A stretch of DNA of 64,000 nt from an uncultured delta proteobacterium (GCA_963716725.1 CAVQUB010000012.1:32001-96000); one strand, 5' to 3'; positions 38,946 through 49,205 are shown, numbered from the stretch's first letter. The notes: generated by a model from the sequence alone, not told the origin. A program made the numbers and translations.

Positions 38946-40664
38946 TCACCGCACCCGAACCCAAGTCCCCGGTCCCCGATCGTCGCCGCTGCGCACGCTG
39001 TGCCACGCATCGGGCACCTGGGGCTCCGTCCACGAAAACAGCCACTTCGCGTCGCGGACCGAGAGGTTGACGCAGCCGCCGCTCTTCGGCTCACCGAAGC
39101 GATCGTGCCAGTAGGCCGCATGCAAGGCGAAGGGCATGTGGAAAAACTGCGTGAAGGGGACCTCCGAGAGGTAGTAGCTCTTGCGCTCGGGGTCGGGCGT
39201 CATGGTCGTCGATCGGTGCTTCCACTCGATGCGGAAGGTGCCCGTCGGCGTGGTGAACTTCGCGGGCGCGCCGTTGTCGCGTTTGTAGCCGTTGGCGCCC
39301 GGCGAGATCAGCGTGGCGAAGATCGCGCGATCGCCCTCGTAGGCGACCAACGTGCCCCTGAAGATGCTGATGTCCACCCACTTCTCGCCGGCGGCTAGCG
39401 AGAAGCCTCGGGGCGGACGCTCGTCGATCATCGTGGCGTCGCGCTCGCGGATGAAGCCGCCGTCGGTCGTCTCCAGGTAGCGGACGTTGCGCTCCTTGCG
39501 GTAGCGGCCCGTCAGGCCCATCCAGGACAATCGCGTCCAGCTGCCCGGCGTCTCGCGCATCGCACCCGGCGTGGTGTCCTCACGAAAGCCGGCCAGCGGA
39601 TCGGGGTCGTCCGCGCGTGGTTCGTGAACATCGAGCTCCTCCTCGAAGCTCACCGGGGTCAGATCCGAGGCCGTTGCGATCACGCGGTACTTGGGCTTGT
39701 CGTCGTGCCTCACGAAGGCGAGGGGCAAGCGCACGCGCTCGCCGTCGATCTGCACTCCCACGAAGGGCGAGGGCTCGAGGGGGGCGAGTTTGTCCTTGGG
39801 GGCGACCAGCAGATCGTCGGTCAGGACCCAGCTGCGGCCGTCGACCACGAACTCGTCGGTCCACGCGATGGCCGAGCGAGCGGGGATCCACTTGGCGAAG
39901 GGGCGCGTCTCGTGAGGTGCGCTGGCCAGCGATGCAGGGGAGAGGGCACCGGTGGCGAATACGTTCGGGGGCGCGCCGGTGGCAGCGGCGAGATCGACGT
40001 CCTTCAGCGCCGCGGGAACGCGGACCGGATCGCGACCCTCGCGCTGCGCGGTGCGGAGCTCTTCGAGGCGGGCGAGGTGAGCGTCGAGCTCGAACTCGAC
40101 CCGGCGTTGCTCGTCGGCGGTCGGGATCTTCCGATAGAGCAGCCCCTCGCGCGAGGTGCTCCAGCCCAGGGGCGCCGCGGCATCGAAGTCGCCGTGGTGG
40201 CTGCGCTTGGCGACGATGATCGGGTGCGAGTCCACGTCGAGCGTGGTACTCGGATCGAGACAGACGTAGCCCGCCGGCTCGACCGCGTACCAGCCCTTGC
40301 TGCAGCCATCGGTCCCCTTCGAAGCAGCGTCGCGCAGGGGCACGACCGCGCCGATGTGAAGCTGGCCGATCTCAGGCGAGGTTTGGCGGGGGCTCTGCCG
40401 AACGAAGACGCGGGACGACAGCGCGCCGATGCGCGGCGGTGGCGGCGTTGGCGCGACCTGAGCGGCGGGCGCGACCTGAGCGGCGGGCGCGACCTGAGCG
40501 GCGGGTGCCGGACCGTCGGCGGCGAGTGTCGTGGTGGCTGCGGCGGTGGGCTCGGACTCGGTCGTTGTCGACGCCGCGGGTGACGGAGTGACGGATGACG
40601 GCCGACAGGCCGCGAGCACGAGCGCGAGCGCGGTGCCCAGGACCAGCCGACGTTCCAGAGACAT
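38946..40664 (-). CDS. L,D-transpeptidase lipoprotein
   Basis: LAAC lipobox; [21 protein letters not shown]. Confidence 0.92.
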   Translation of the reverse strand: MSLERRLVLGTALALVLAACRPSSVTPSPAASTTTESEPTAAATTTLAADGPAPAAQVAPAAQVAPAAQVAPTPPPPRIGALSSRVFVRQSPRQTSPEIGQLHIGAVVPLRDAASKGTDGCSKGWYAVEPAGYVCLDPSTTLDVDSHPIIVAKRSHHGDFDAAAPLGWSTSREGLLYRKIPTADEQRRVEFELDAHLARLEELRTAQREGRDPVRVPAALKDVDLAAATGAPPNVFATGALSPASLASAPHETRPFAKWIPARSAIAWTDEFVVDGRSWVLTDDLLVAPKDKLAPLEPSPFVGVQIDGERVRLPLAFVRHDDKPKYRVIATASDLTPVSFEEELDVHEPRADDPDPLAGFREDTTPGAMRETPGSWTRLSWMGLTGRYRKERNVRYLETTDGGFIRERDATMIDERPPRGFSLAAGEKWVDISIFRGTLVAYEGDRAIFATLISPGANGYKRDNGAPAKFTTPTGTFRIEWKHRSTTMTPDPERKSYYLSEVPFTQFFHMPFALHAAYWHDRFGEPKSGGCVNLSVRDAKWLFSWTEPQVPDAWHSVRSGDDRGPGTWVRVR

Positions 40665-40769
40665 GGCGCGAATATCGCGGAGGACCGCTGATCCGGCCCA
40701 GATCCTTGAGACCGAGCTCGATGGGCGGCTCGATCTCGCGCGAATCATCGTGGGGCGAGCAACGGGCGC

Positions 40770-42947
40770 TCAGAACGGCTTGCCCGGTTTGACCGGAGGC
40801 CGGGGTGCCATCTCGGGACGCGGCGGCGGGGGGCGCGGGGCCATCTCGGGACGCGGCGGCGGCGGACGCGGCGCAGTGTGGGTCGGCGGGGGAGGCGGGG
40901 GAGCCGTGGCGTCGCGGGGCGAGGCCGCGTTGGCGACCTCGGTGCGCGTGAAGCCGATCTGGAAGCGCTGCCCGCGCACGTTTGCATCGAAGGTCAGCTT
41001 CCGGGTCGCGTCCACGATGGCGCGCTCTCGATCGGGGTCGAGCCGAGGGTGCAGCACGGTGACCTTCGATACGCTGCCATCGGTCGCGATCCAGAGCTCG
41101 AGGTCGACGCTGTCGGCGGGCACCACGTTTCGTGCGAGCAGGGGCAGCAGCTCTTCGTCGAGGATGGGCTTGATCAACGCGGCCGGACCCTGGGGCGGTG
41201 GCGTGTCGCGGGGCGCTGGCGTCGGCGTCGGCGTCGGCGCTGCATCCGGCACGTTCCGTGGCGGGCCGGAGGCGGTGGCCGTCGGGATCGCCACCATCTC
41301 GGTGGGGTGGCTCTTCTCCTTGCAGCCTGCCGCGCCGAGCGTGACCGTGGCGACGAGCCCAGCGCTGGCTGCCACCTGCATGAAGCCGCTGGATTTCTGC
41401 CGCCTGGTGGGCCGCAGCGGGACCGTGCGGATCTCGTCCAGGAGCTCCTTGACCTTGCGCCCGAGCCGCTCGTTGTCCGCGATCACCCGCCCTCGCAGCT
41501 CGGCGGTGAAAGCGTCCCGATCGGCCGGGCCGGTCAGGCGCGCGATGCCAGCGATGAGCGCCTCGAGGTGGTCGCAGGTGTTGACGTTCACCTCGACGAT
41601 CTGTTGTTTCACCTTGCGTCGGATCGCGTCGTTTGGCTCGAAGAATCTGGCGAGCAGCTGCTGCTCGTAGTCGATCTGCATCGCCAGGTGGTGCAGCCCC
41701 TCGTCACCGTAGTTTCGTGCCTCGAAGGCGGGATACATGATCTCGAAGGCGGTCTGGGCCCGCGCGTCGGTGATCTGGTAGTCGTATCCCCAATAGTCGC
41801 CGATCAGACGATTGTCGCGGCGCAGTCGCTTCTCGAGGGGCGTGCCCGCGTAGATCTCGGTGCGACAGAAGTTCATGGCTTGGTCGGGGTGGGCCCGCAG
41901 GAACGCCACGTTTCCGGCGAGGTCTTCCAGGGTCGAGTCCGGGTTGAGCACCAAGAGGTTGAAGCAGGTATGGATCTCCAGGCCGCCCAGGATCTCGAGC
42001 GCGCGCAGGTTGTCCTCGACGGTCTGACCGCGCCCGAGGCGCCGCAGCGACTCCGCCGTGCCCGCTTCGAGGCCGAGAAAGACGCGGAACATGCCCATCT
42101 CGCGCAAGAGCTCGAAGACCTCGGCGTCCACCACGTCCGGCCGACACTTGATCGCGAAGGCGATGGGTGTCGTCACGTTACGCGCGGCCAGCGCCGATCG
42201 GAGCGCGTGCATGCGTTCGAGCATCGCGACCTTGTCGTCGAGCACGAAGTTGTCGTCGTGGAAGTTGAAGATGCGCACCCCCTGGCCGTAGAGCAGCGCC
42301 ATCTCGTCGGCGAGGTGCTCCGGTGCGCGCAGGCGCAGGCGATCGCCGCCGCAGAGCCGATGCCAGGCGGCGATGGAGCAGAAGGAGCAGTTGCGCGTGC
42401 AGCCCCGGGACGACAGGATGTTGGTGATGGGGATCCCGAGGTAGTCGTCGAAGGGATGCTTGCGGGGCGGGAAGGGCAGCACGTCGAGATCGGGGGGCTT
42501 GATCGCGTCCGCGTTCTTCACCAGACCATCTCCCTGGCGCCAGACCAGGCCCGCGACGCTCGACGGATCGGGCAGCACGTGGACCAGATCGCACAAGATG
42601 GGCTCACCTTCGCCGCAGGCCACCGAGTCGAAGGCGCGCACGTCGTTCAAGAGCTGATCGGGGTGCATGGCGGCGAAGTGGCCACCGGCGATCAGATGGC
42701 CGGGGAAGCCCAGCTCCCTCACTCGCACCGCGAGCCGAGCGAACTCCCTCGCGCGGTAGGTGAAGACCATCGAGAAGCCCACCAGCGGCGCGCCCGAGGC
42801 GACGATCTGTCGCGCGGCCTCCTCCACTTCGTCGGCGCCGTTGAAGACGACGGTCGTGACTCGGTGTCCCGCGTGTTCGAGCGCTCCTCTCAGGTAGCGC
42901 ACTGCCAGGTTCTCCTCGAACTCCGCACCGACCAGGACGACGTGCAT
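40770..42947 (-). CDS. B12-binding radical SAM protein with C-terminal lipobox-like/Pro-rich extension
   Basis: B12-binding N-domain (AGGHFA, CGEGE); CTRNCSFC; FHDDNF. Confidence 0.9.
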   Translation of the reverse strand: MHVVLVGAEFEENLAVRYLRGALEHAGHRVTTVVFNGADEVEEAARQIVASGAPLVGFSMVFTYRAREFARLAVRVRELGFPGHLIAGGHFAAMHPDQLLNDVRAFDSVACGEGEPILCDLVHVLPDPSSVAGLVWRQGDGLVKNADAIKPPDLDVLPFPPRKHPFDDYLGIPITNILSSRGCTRNCSFCSIAAWHRLCGGDRLRLRAPEHLADEMALLYGQGVRIFNFHDDNFVLDDKVAMLERMHALRSALAARNVTTPIAFAIKCRPDVVDAEVFELLREMGMFRVFLGLEAGTAESLRRLGRGQTVEDNLRALEILGGLEIHTCFNLLVLNPDSTLEDLAGNVAFLRAHPDQAMNFCRTEIYAGTPLEKRLRRDNRLIGDYWGYDYQITDARAQTAFEIMYPAFEARNYGDEGLHHLAMQIDYEQQLLARFFEPNDAIRRKVKQQIVEVNVNTCDHLEALIAGIARLTGPADRDAFTAELRGRVIADNERLGRKVKELLDEIRTVPLRPTRRQKSSGFMQVAASAGLVATVTLGAAGCKEKSHPTEMVAIPTATASGPPRNVPDAAPTPTPTPAPRDTPPPQGPAALIKPILDEELLPLLARNVVPADSVDLELWIATDGSVSKVTVLHPRLDPDRERAIVDATRKLTFDANVRGQRFQIGFTRTEVANAASPRDATAPPPPPPTHTAPRPPPPRPEMAPRPPPPRPEMAPRPPVKPGKPF

Positions 42948-43032
42948 GCGACCACCTCCCTCTTGGGTGGCGGCAGTCTGCGCCATGCGAGGGGCCGCCG
43001 ACACCCGCGCGGCGATGAACTATGCTGCGGGG

Positions 43033-43377
43033 ATGATCGATCTCATTTGCAAGCGCACCTGAAGCACCTGCCGCAAGGCGGTCGCCTTGCTCGAAGAAAA
43101 CAAGATCGCCTACCGCTACCGGGAGTACACCGAGGAGCCCCTCGACAAAGCCGAGCTCGTGAAGGTGCTCGGCTACCTGGGGCTCGGGCCCAAGGACGTG
43201 CTGCGCAAGAACGACGCCGCGTTCAAGGACAACGGGCTGACGGGCAACGAGAGCGACGCCAAGCTGATCGCGCTCATGGTCGCTCATCCCACTCTTTTGC
43301 AGCGGCCCATCGGAGTGAAGGGCAAGCGGGCGGTGCTCGGACGACCTCCGGAGAACCTGCTGAACCTCGCGAAGTAG
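43033..43377 (+). CDS. ArsC/Spx-family protein, probable selenoprotein (UGA at 43060-43062)
   Basis: MIDLICKRT(U)STCRKA..HPTLLQRPI..GRPPE. Confidence 0.8.
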
Positions 43378-43493
43378 CCCTGTGCCACCGCGCGAGCTGG
43401 CACAGTCCGCGGCGCGAGGGTCGCGTCAGGTCCCGTGAGAGCGCTGGTTGGGCGAGGGTTCCGCGTGGCACGCCGCGTGCAGCCGCGCGGGAC

Positions 43494-44954
43494 GTGAACT
43501 TGCGAGCTTGGGGCTGGTGCCTAGTGGGCCTTGCGGGCGCTGCCTGCGGATCGAGGAGCGGGATCTTCGGGATCGACGGGACTACCGCCGCGGGCGGCGC
43601 CGCGTCGGGCGGCAGCACGAGCGCTGGCGGATCGGGCGGATCGGGCGGCTCAGGCAACGTGGGCGGCTGGCTCGACGCCGCCATCGACGCGCCACCGCCT
43701 CTGCCCGACTGCATCTACGTCCAACACGGCGATCCCATCGTGCTCTTCACCTACCCCGATGGCGTGCGCACGCCGATGCTGGCGCGACTCTCCCCCGGCA
43801 GCCCGGGCGTGGCGGCGCGCATCGCCTTCGGCTTGATCCACGAGCACTTCTGGCACCCCGACATTCGGGTCGCGGATGTGTCGGTGGGTCCAGCGTGGCC
43901 CGAGGGCGTGAGCATCCCGCACCCCATGACGCTCTACGGGATCGACGCGCACTCGGGCGGTCAGCTCGTGCCGGCGGTGGATCCGCCCGGCGGCCTAGCG
44001 CTCTTCTACTACCACGCCGACGAGGCCAGCCCGAACGTGAAGCCCGGCTTGATGCTGCGCCGCTTCGACACCACCGCGTGGAAGCCCTTCAACGAGGTGT
44101 TCGTCGAGCAGCAGGGCGACTACGGCTTCGCGATCGCTCCCGGCCCGGTCGTGGCCCAGAAGAACGCGGACGGGATTGGCTACGCCGTGACCTGGCGCGG
44201 ACCCGTCGAGAACGACGGCGGCTACATCACGGCCACCTGGATCCGCCTGATCGACGCCCAGGGAGCGCCTGCGGGTGGCAGCATCGAGATCGATCCGCCG
44301 AGCGCGTACCCCGGGACGGGGGCCACCGTGGTGTGGGGTGGCGCGAGCTTCATCGTGGCCTCGAACTCTCGCGCGTGTCCCGGCGACGACGCTGCTTGCG
44401 CGAATCGCCTGACCATCTCGAGCCTGGGCAAGCTCGGGTTGACGAAGACGGCGGCTGCCACGCCGAACGCCGGCATGCGCGCGCGCACGCCGCTCTTGCG
44501 GTCGCACGACGGTAAGGCCTGGGTGGCGTGGCGGGAGCAGCTCATCTCCGCGAAGCCCGAGAACGATCCCTCGAGCATCGTGCGCCTGGTGGCCATCGAC
44601 CCGAGCGGTCAGCTTGCGCCCATCGCGTGGCAGACCGATGCTCATCCCGACGCGGGCGCTGAGCTGTCGGTCTCCGATCAGGGCGTGCTGTTGGCTTGGG
44701 GCGAGCGAGTCGATCCGAAGCTGCCACCGCAGACCGTCGGACACTCGCGGCTGCGGCTCCGGCAGTTCGGCAAAGCGGGCCAAGAGCTCCAAGAGCTGTC
44801 GATCCCGACCACCAGCCTGACCACGGGAACTGCGTATTCCGTCACGACCCTCGACCAGCCGCGGGCGTTGTTGGTGTCGTGGACCGCGCAGGGTGGAGAC
44901 GCTTCGAGCCAGTCCGTGGCGTATCTCGCGCGCTTCGACTGCGCGGCGCCGTGA
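43494..44954 (+). CDS. Hypothetical lipoprotein
   Basis: LAGAACGSRS lipobox and Gly-rich linker; GG-N10-GC motif at 43466-43480. Confidence 0.75.
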   Translation: MNLRAWGWCLVGLAGAACGSRSGIFGIDGTTAAGGAASGGSTSAGGSGGSGGSGNVGGWLDAAIDAPPPLPDCIYVQHGDPIVLFTYPDGVRTPMLARLSPGSPGVAARIAFGLIHEHFWHPDIRVADVSVGPAWPEGVSIPHPMTLYGIDAHSGGQLVPAVDPPGGLALFYYHADEASPNVKPGLMLRRFDTTAWKPFNEVFVEQQGDYGFAIAPGPVVAQKNADGIGYAVTWRGPVENDGGYITATWIRLIDAQGAPAGGSIEIDPPSAYPGTGATVVWGGASFIVASNSRACPGDDAACANRLTISSLGKLGLTKTAAATPNAGMRARTPLLRSHDGKAWVAWREQLISAKPENDPSSIVRLVAIDPSGQLAPIAWQTDAHPDAGAELSVSDQGVLLAWGERVDPKLPPQTVGHSRLRLRQFGKAGQELQELSIPTTSLTTGTAYSVTTLDQPRALLVSWTAQGGDASSQSVAYLARFDCAAP

Positions 44955-45408
44955 TCGGCTGGTGCGGAGTGACCTCGCACGCCGTGGACCCAAGGACGAC
45001 GGAGGGAGTCACCACGCCTTCACGCGGTGGTTCGTGCGCTGGGCGTATTCGTACGACCGGGGTCCGAGCAGGTGCGCGCTCACCGAAGTAAAGATCACGG
45101 TCGCGGTGACCTTCATCATGCCCGATTGGAGTGCGCCCCCCGAAGCGCAACCAGATCTGGTGGCGCGCTGGAACCAATATAGAACGCGTCTGCAGCGACA
45201 CGAGGATGGCCACAGGGAGCACGGCCTCGGCGCCGCCAAAGACGTGCTCTACGATCTTCAGAAGCTGCCGCCCGCATCCGACTGTGATGCCATGAACCGC
45301 CAGGCGAACGCCCGAGCCACCGGCATCCTCGGGCGATACAAACAGAAGGACAAAGACTACGACCGGGACACACGCCACGGTGCTACGCAAGGCGCCCGCT
45401 TTCCCTGA
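44893..45408 (+). CDS. DUF922-like putative Zn protease; start uncertain
   Basis: MPDW..RWNQY..LQRHEDGH. Confidence 0.7.
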   Translation: METLRASPWRISRASTARRRDRLVRSDLARRGPKDDGGSHHAFTRWFVRWAYSYDRGPSRCALTEVKITVAVTFIMPDWSAPPEAQPDLVARWNQYRTRLQRHEDGHREHGLGAAKDVLYDLQKLPPASDCDAMNRQANARATGILGRYKQKDKDYDRDTRHGATQGARFP

Positions 45409-45418
45409 GCCGCGATCC

Positions 45419-45433
45419 AGGCACGGGGCGTGC
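45419..45433 (+). promoter_or_regulatory. Possible sigma-54 promoter
   Basis: AGGCAC-GGGGC-GTGC about 40 nt upstream of ATG 45476. Confidence 0.4.
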
Positions 45434-45475
45434 AGTTAGCACCGATGACGCAGCACGAAGCCGCGACGAGGTGCC

Positions 45476-46561
45476 ATGAATACGCGAAACCGACCCGTTT
45501 TCGAGCTCATCTCCAGTCTCGTCTCCGGACTGCGTCCGGACCGGTCCGGACGGATCTTCTGCCTTTCGCTCGGGGCGATCGTCCTGGGCTGCTCGGCCGC
45601 GCCGGACGAGATGCTCGGCGACGAGCCCGAGACCATCACTCCCGGCGGTGAAGATCTGAAGGGCTGCCAGGGAAAGGCCTCGTCGAGCATCCCGGGTTCG
45701 GGATCTTACGTGCTCACCACCTTCGGAGGGCCGTCGGAGCCCCAGCCGCTCGCCTGCGGCGGGCACTCCAAGTCGGGTAGCTGGTACTACGCGGCGTCGC
45801 GGCAGCGATACGGCTGCGGCACCCGCATCCGTATCATGGCCAACGGCAAGTGCGTGGTGGCTCAGACCGACGACTACGGGCCGGACGTGTGCGTCGAGAA
45901 AGCTGCCGGCATGCCGGTGATGGACGTCTCCCCGCTGGTGAGCAAGCACTTGTTCGGCGAGTCCGGGCTCGGTTGGTCCGACAAGAAGAAAGTCAGCGTC
46001 GAGGTGGCACCGTCAGGAACGCCGCTCGGCCCCTGCGCGAGTGACAAGCCCGGTGGCGGCGGATCGAATACGGGCGGCGCGGGCGGCGGGGCTGGATCGA
46101 ACACCGGCGGCGCGGGCGGCGGGGCTGGATCGAACACCGGCGGCGCGGGCGGATCGAGCAGCGGCGGGTCGGCGGGCACCGGCGGCAAGGGTCTCGGGTG
46201 TACCCCGAAGCTGTGCGGATCGAGCAGCCCCACCCAAGACGGCTCCGGAGCGGAGTGCTACTGCGACGGCGGCTGCACCGGGTACGGCGACTGCTGCTCG
46301 AACTACGTGTCCGTGTGCGGTGGCAGCAGCGGCTCCGGTGGCAGCGGCGGTTCGGGTGGCAGCGGCGGTTCGGGTGGCAGCAGCGGCTCCGGGGGCAGCA
46401 GCGGCTCCGGGGGCGGCAAGGCCTGCTCCAGCGATGGGGCCTGCAATCCCGGCAATGACGGATCGGGCCTGATCTGCCTGAGCGGGCTCTGCGTGCCCGG
46501 GTGCAAGGTGAACGCCCAGTGTCCGGGGATCAAGACCTGCAAGAGCGGCAAGTGCGTGTGA
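45476..46561 (+). CDS. Cys/Gly-rich lipoprotein with DPBB-like and somatomedin-B-like domains
   Basis: VLGC lipobox; CG..DYGP..MDVSP; CYCDGGCTGYGDCCSNY. Confidence 0.75.
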   Translation: MNTRNRPVFELISSLVSGLRPDRSGRIFCLSLGAIVLGCSAAPDEMLGDEPETITPGGEDLKGCQGKASSSIPGSGSYVLTTFGGPSEPQPLACGGHSKSGSWYYAASRQRYGCGTRIRIMANGKCVVAQTDDYGPDVCVEKAAGMPVMDVSPLVSKHLFGESGLGWSDKKKVSVEVAPSGTPLGPCASDKPGGGGSNTGGAGGGAGSNTGGAGGGAGSNTGGAGGSSSGGSAGTGGKGLGCTPKLCGSSSPTQDGSGAECYCDGGCTGYGDCCSNYVSVCGGSSGSGGSGGSGGSGGSGGSSGSGGSSGSGGGKACSSDGACNPGNDGSGLICLSGLCVPGCKVNAQCPGIKTCKSGKCV

Positions 46562-46645
46562 TTCGCTGTCGGCGGGGCAGCGGCGCACCCGTGTTCGCGC
46601 GCGCTCGGTGAATCTCCCCTCGATCCCAGCCTGAGCGCGTGCATC

Positions 46646-47419
46646 ATGCGAGTCGGGAGACCGCATGAGCCGTGCCACTCACGACCGGAGCGCAGCGTGA
46701 GCGCGCTGTCGATCGTGCCCCTGGGCGTGGGCGACGCCTTCAGCGTGCGTTGGTATTCGTCGTGCCTGCTCATCGAGACCGAAGGCGAACGACTGCTGGT
46801 CGACTGTCCGCACCCAATCCGTAAGATCCTCAGTGAGGGGACCGCGGGACGAGTCGATCTCGGCGACATCTCCGGCGTGGTGCTCACGCACCTGCACGCC
46901 GATCACGCCTCGGGGCTCGAGGGCTTCGCCTACTTCGTCCGCTTCGCGCTCGGCCGCCGTGCGCAACTGGTGTTGCATCCGAGCGTGCAGGCGCGCCTCT
47001 GGGAGGGGCATCTCGCCGCGGGAATGGAGATGCTCGGGGACAGTCCGATGCAGCTCGAAGACTACTTCGACCTCACCGCGCTCGACCTCGATCGCCCCGT
47101 TCGCTTCGGCAAGTTCGAGATTGCGTGTCGCACCACGCGCCACCCGATCCCGACGACGGCGCTCCGGATTTCGGCGGGCGGCCGAGAGATCGGGATCAGC
47201 TCGGACACGAGCTTCGATCCGGAGCTGATCGAGTGGCTGGGGCACTCGGATCTGATCGTGCACGAGACGAATCTCGGCATCCACACTCCCTACGAAGAAC
47301 TCGCGCGGCTCCCGGCGGAGCTCCGAAGCCGCATGCGACTCACGCACTTTCCGGACGACTTCGATGGGGACGCTTCCGTCATCGCCGTGCTCGAGCAGGG
47401 CGTGCGCGTCGTGGTTTGA
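46646..47419 (+). CDS. MBL-fold metallo-hydrolase (RNase Z-like)
   Basis: THLHADH, SSDT, VHET, LTH. Confidence 0.88.
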   Translation: MRVGRPHEPCHSRPERSVSALSIVPLGVGDAFSVRWYSSCLLIETEGERLLVDCPHPIRKILSEGTAGRVDLGDISGVVLTHLHADHASGLEGFAYFVRFALGRRAQLVLHPSVQARLWEGHLAAGMEMLGDSPMQLEDYFDLTALDLDRPVRFGKFEIACRTTRHPIPTTALRISAGGREIGISSDTSFDPELIEWLGHSDLIVHETNLGIHTPYEELARLPAELRSRMRLTHFPDDFDGDASVIAVLEQGVRVVV

Positions 47420-47426
47420 CGACGGC

Positions 47427-49205
47427 CTAGTGCGACGCAAACCCCGTGTCGATCACCTCGCAGCTCCCGCTCTGGAGCCAGGTGGAGAAGCAGTGGGCCA
47501 CGGCGTTTTGCGAGTATTCCTGCACGATCAGCGCGCCGTGGCGCGAGCCCGCGGGAACCTCGTTCATGGGGTTGTGCACCAAGATGCGCGTCGCTTTTTG
47601 GCCGTCGGTGGCGAAGGCGAAGTTGTCGCTCGCCGGGAGCGCGAGCTCGGTCATCCCGGCGACCTCGTGCTGGGACGGCAGCGCCAACGCCGCGCCGAAG
47701 GCCCGCGCCCACTGGTCGCTCGACGGCTCGGGGATGACCGGATCCGCGCTGGCCTGCATGAACAGCGCCGGCCTTGGGCGCGCGCTTCGATCTTCGACCC
47801 GGAGCGCGTAGGCCAGCGGATCAGCTCCATCGAGAACGACCTCCGCCAGCCCGAGCAACGTCTCCCGCTCGGGCGTCGGGCGGTTCACGATGTTGGCCAC
47901 CAAGAGCGAGAACAGACCCTTCGCGACGATCTCGGGATAGCCCCCGGCGGCCACGAAGAGCGCCGCGGCCTTCACGTTCTTGGTGGTGGCAAAGGTCATG
48001 CTGCCGGAGATGCCACCGAGCGAGAGTCCCATGTAGAAGCCACGGGTTGCATCGAGAGCCGACTTGGTGCTCAGCGCGGGCTCGAGGGCCGCGTTGAGCT
48101 CAGCGACTCCGGTGAAGATGGCCATGTGGTCCGCGACGGTCTGCCGGAAGTTGTCGCGGGTCTTGGCGAGGTCGTCGAAGTTCACGAAATCGAGATCGGT
48201 CCCGCCGGCGCCCTGCGCGCGGTCGCCGTGATAGGGGAGGTCGATAGCTACCAACGCGAAGCCTGCTTCGGCCAGGGGGCGTGCGAGCTGGAGTACATCG
48301 GTCTTGTTTTGGCCGCCGCCGTGCTGAAAGAGCACGAAGGGGTGCGGTGCGCTGCCCTTTGCGGGCAACACCACCACGAAGCCCGGCTTGGTGACGCCGG
48401 TGGCTTCGGGAGCCCCGTCGGAGCCGCGCTGAAACACGCCGTTTTCGTCGGCGTAGGCCGGCAACTCGAGGATCCCGGTGGCGGCGGTTGGCGCCAGCGA
48501 CGGCGCCACGTCCGCCGGGGGCGCGGCGGCTCCGAAGGACGCGAGCGTTCGGGCTTCCACCTTGGCGACCTTCATCACCGGAGCCTGGGAGACGCGAGCG
48601 TAGAGCCGCACCAGATCCTGCGGCGTGGTGGCGATCCGAAATGGCAACGCCAGCGCCGCGTCGGTGTCCGCCGGGAGCGATTGCATGGCGGCGGCGTAGG
48701 CCGCAGCTTCACCACAAGCGGGCAAGGCTTTGGCGCCCGAGATCGCGCCGGCGCCGACGGTGAGCACGACCTCGGTGACGCCGGGCGGCACGGGGTCGCG
48801 CGGTTGGACCACCAGCGTCGTGCCTTCCTCGGAGAGAACGGCGCTCAGCACCGAGCCGAGATCGGTCATTGCGTCGTTGCCCTGCACGCCGAAGAGCCGA
48901 AGCTGAGTGGCATCGACACTCGAGGCCGGCGCGTCGAGCGGCAGCACCAGGGTTGGCCGCGCCGGCCACCCATCGACCAGCGAGAGCTGCGCTGCCCACT
49001 CGGGCTTCACCTCGGCGACCATCGCCACCGCGAAGTCGTTGGCTGGGGGCTCGAGCCGCGCGCTCTTGTGCCAGGCGGGCGTGGGGAACGCCAAGACCTT
49101 CGATGTGTCGGCGCAATGCCCGGCGCTGGCCGTTGCGTCGTCGTCCCCGCCGCAACCCCAGGCGAAAAGCGAGAACACGAGGACTCCGAAGAAGGGTGCT
49201 TTCAT
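47427..49205 (-). CDS. Alpha/beta-hydrolase (lipase-like) lipoprotein
   Basis: AWGC lipobox; FQHG, IDLPYHG, GLSLG. Confidence 0.82.
   Translation of the reverse strand: MKAPFFGVLVFSLFAWGCGGDDDATASAGHCADTSKVLAFPTPAWHKSARLEPPANDFAVAMVAEVKPEWAAQLSLVDGWPARPTLVLPLDAPASSVDATQLRLFGVQGNDAMTDLGSVLSAVLSEEGTTLVVQPRDPVPPGVTEVVLTVGAGAISGAKALPACGEAAAYAAAMQSLPADTDAALALPFRIATTPQDLVRLYARVSQAPVMKVAKVEARTLASFGAAAPPADVAPSLAPTAATGILELPAYADENGVFQRGSDGAPEATGVTKPGFVVVLPAKGSAPHPFVLFQHGGGQNKTDVLQLARPLAEAGFALVAIDLPYHGDRAQGAGGTDLDFVNFDDLAKTRDNFRQTVADHMAIFTGVAELNAALEPALSTKSALDATRGFYMGLSLGGISGSMTFATTKNVKAAALFVAAGGYPEIVAKGLFSLLVANIVNRPTPERETLLGLAEVVLDGADPLAYALRVEDRSARPRPALFMQASADPVIPEPSSDQWARAFGAALALPSQHEVAGMTELALPASDNFAFATDGQKATRILVHNPMNEVPAGSRHGALIVQEYSQNAVAHCFSTWLQSGSCEVIDTGFASH

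Noticed and set aside
19378..39140. LDT-tail copies as DGR template/variable repeats
   Set aside because: No reverse transcriptase in the window; differences are mostly synonymous and not adenine-specific
40878..43493. N-terminal part of the 1358-aa plus-strand ORF
   Set aside because: Antisense to the radical SAM gene; only the part from about 43494 looks like a real protein
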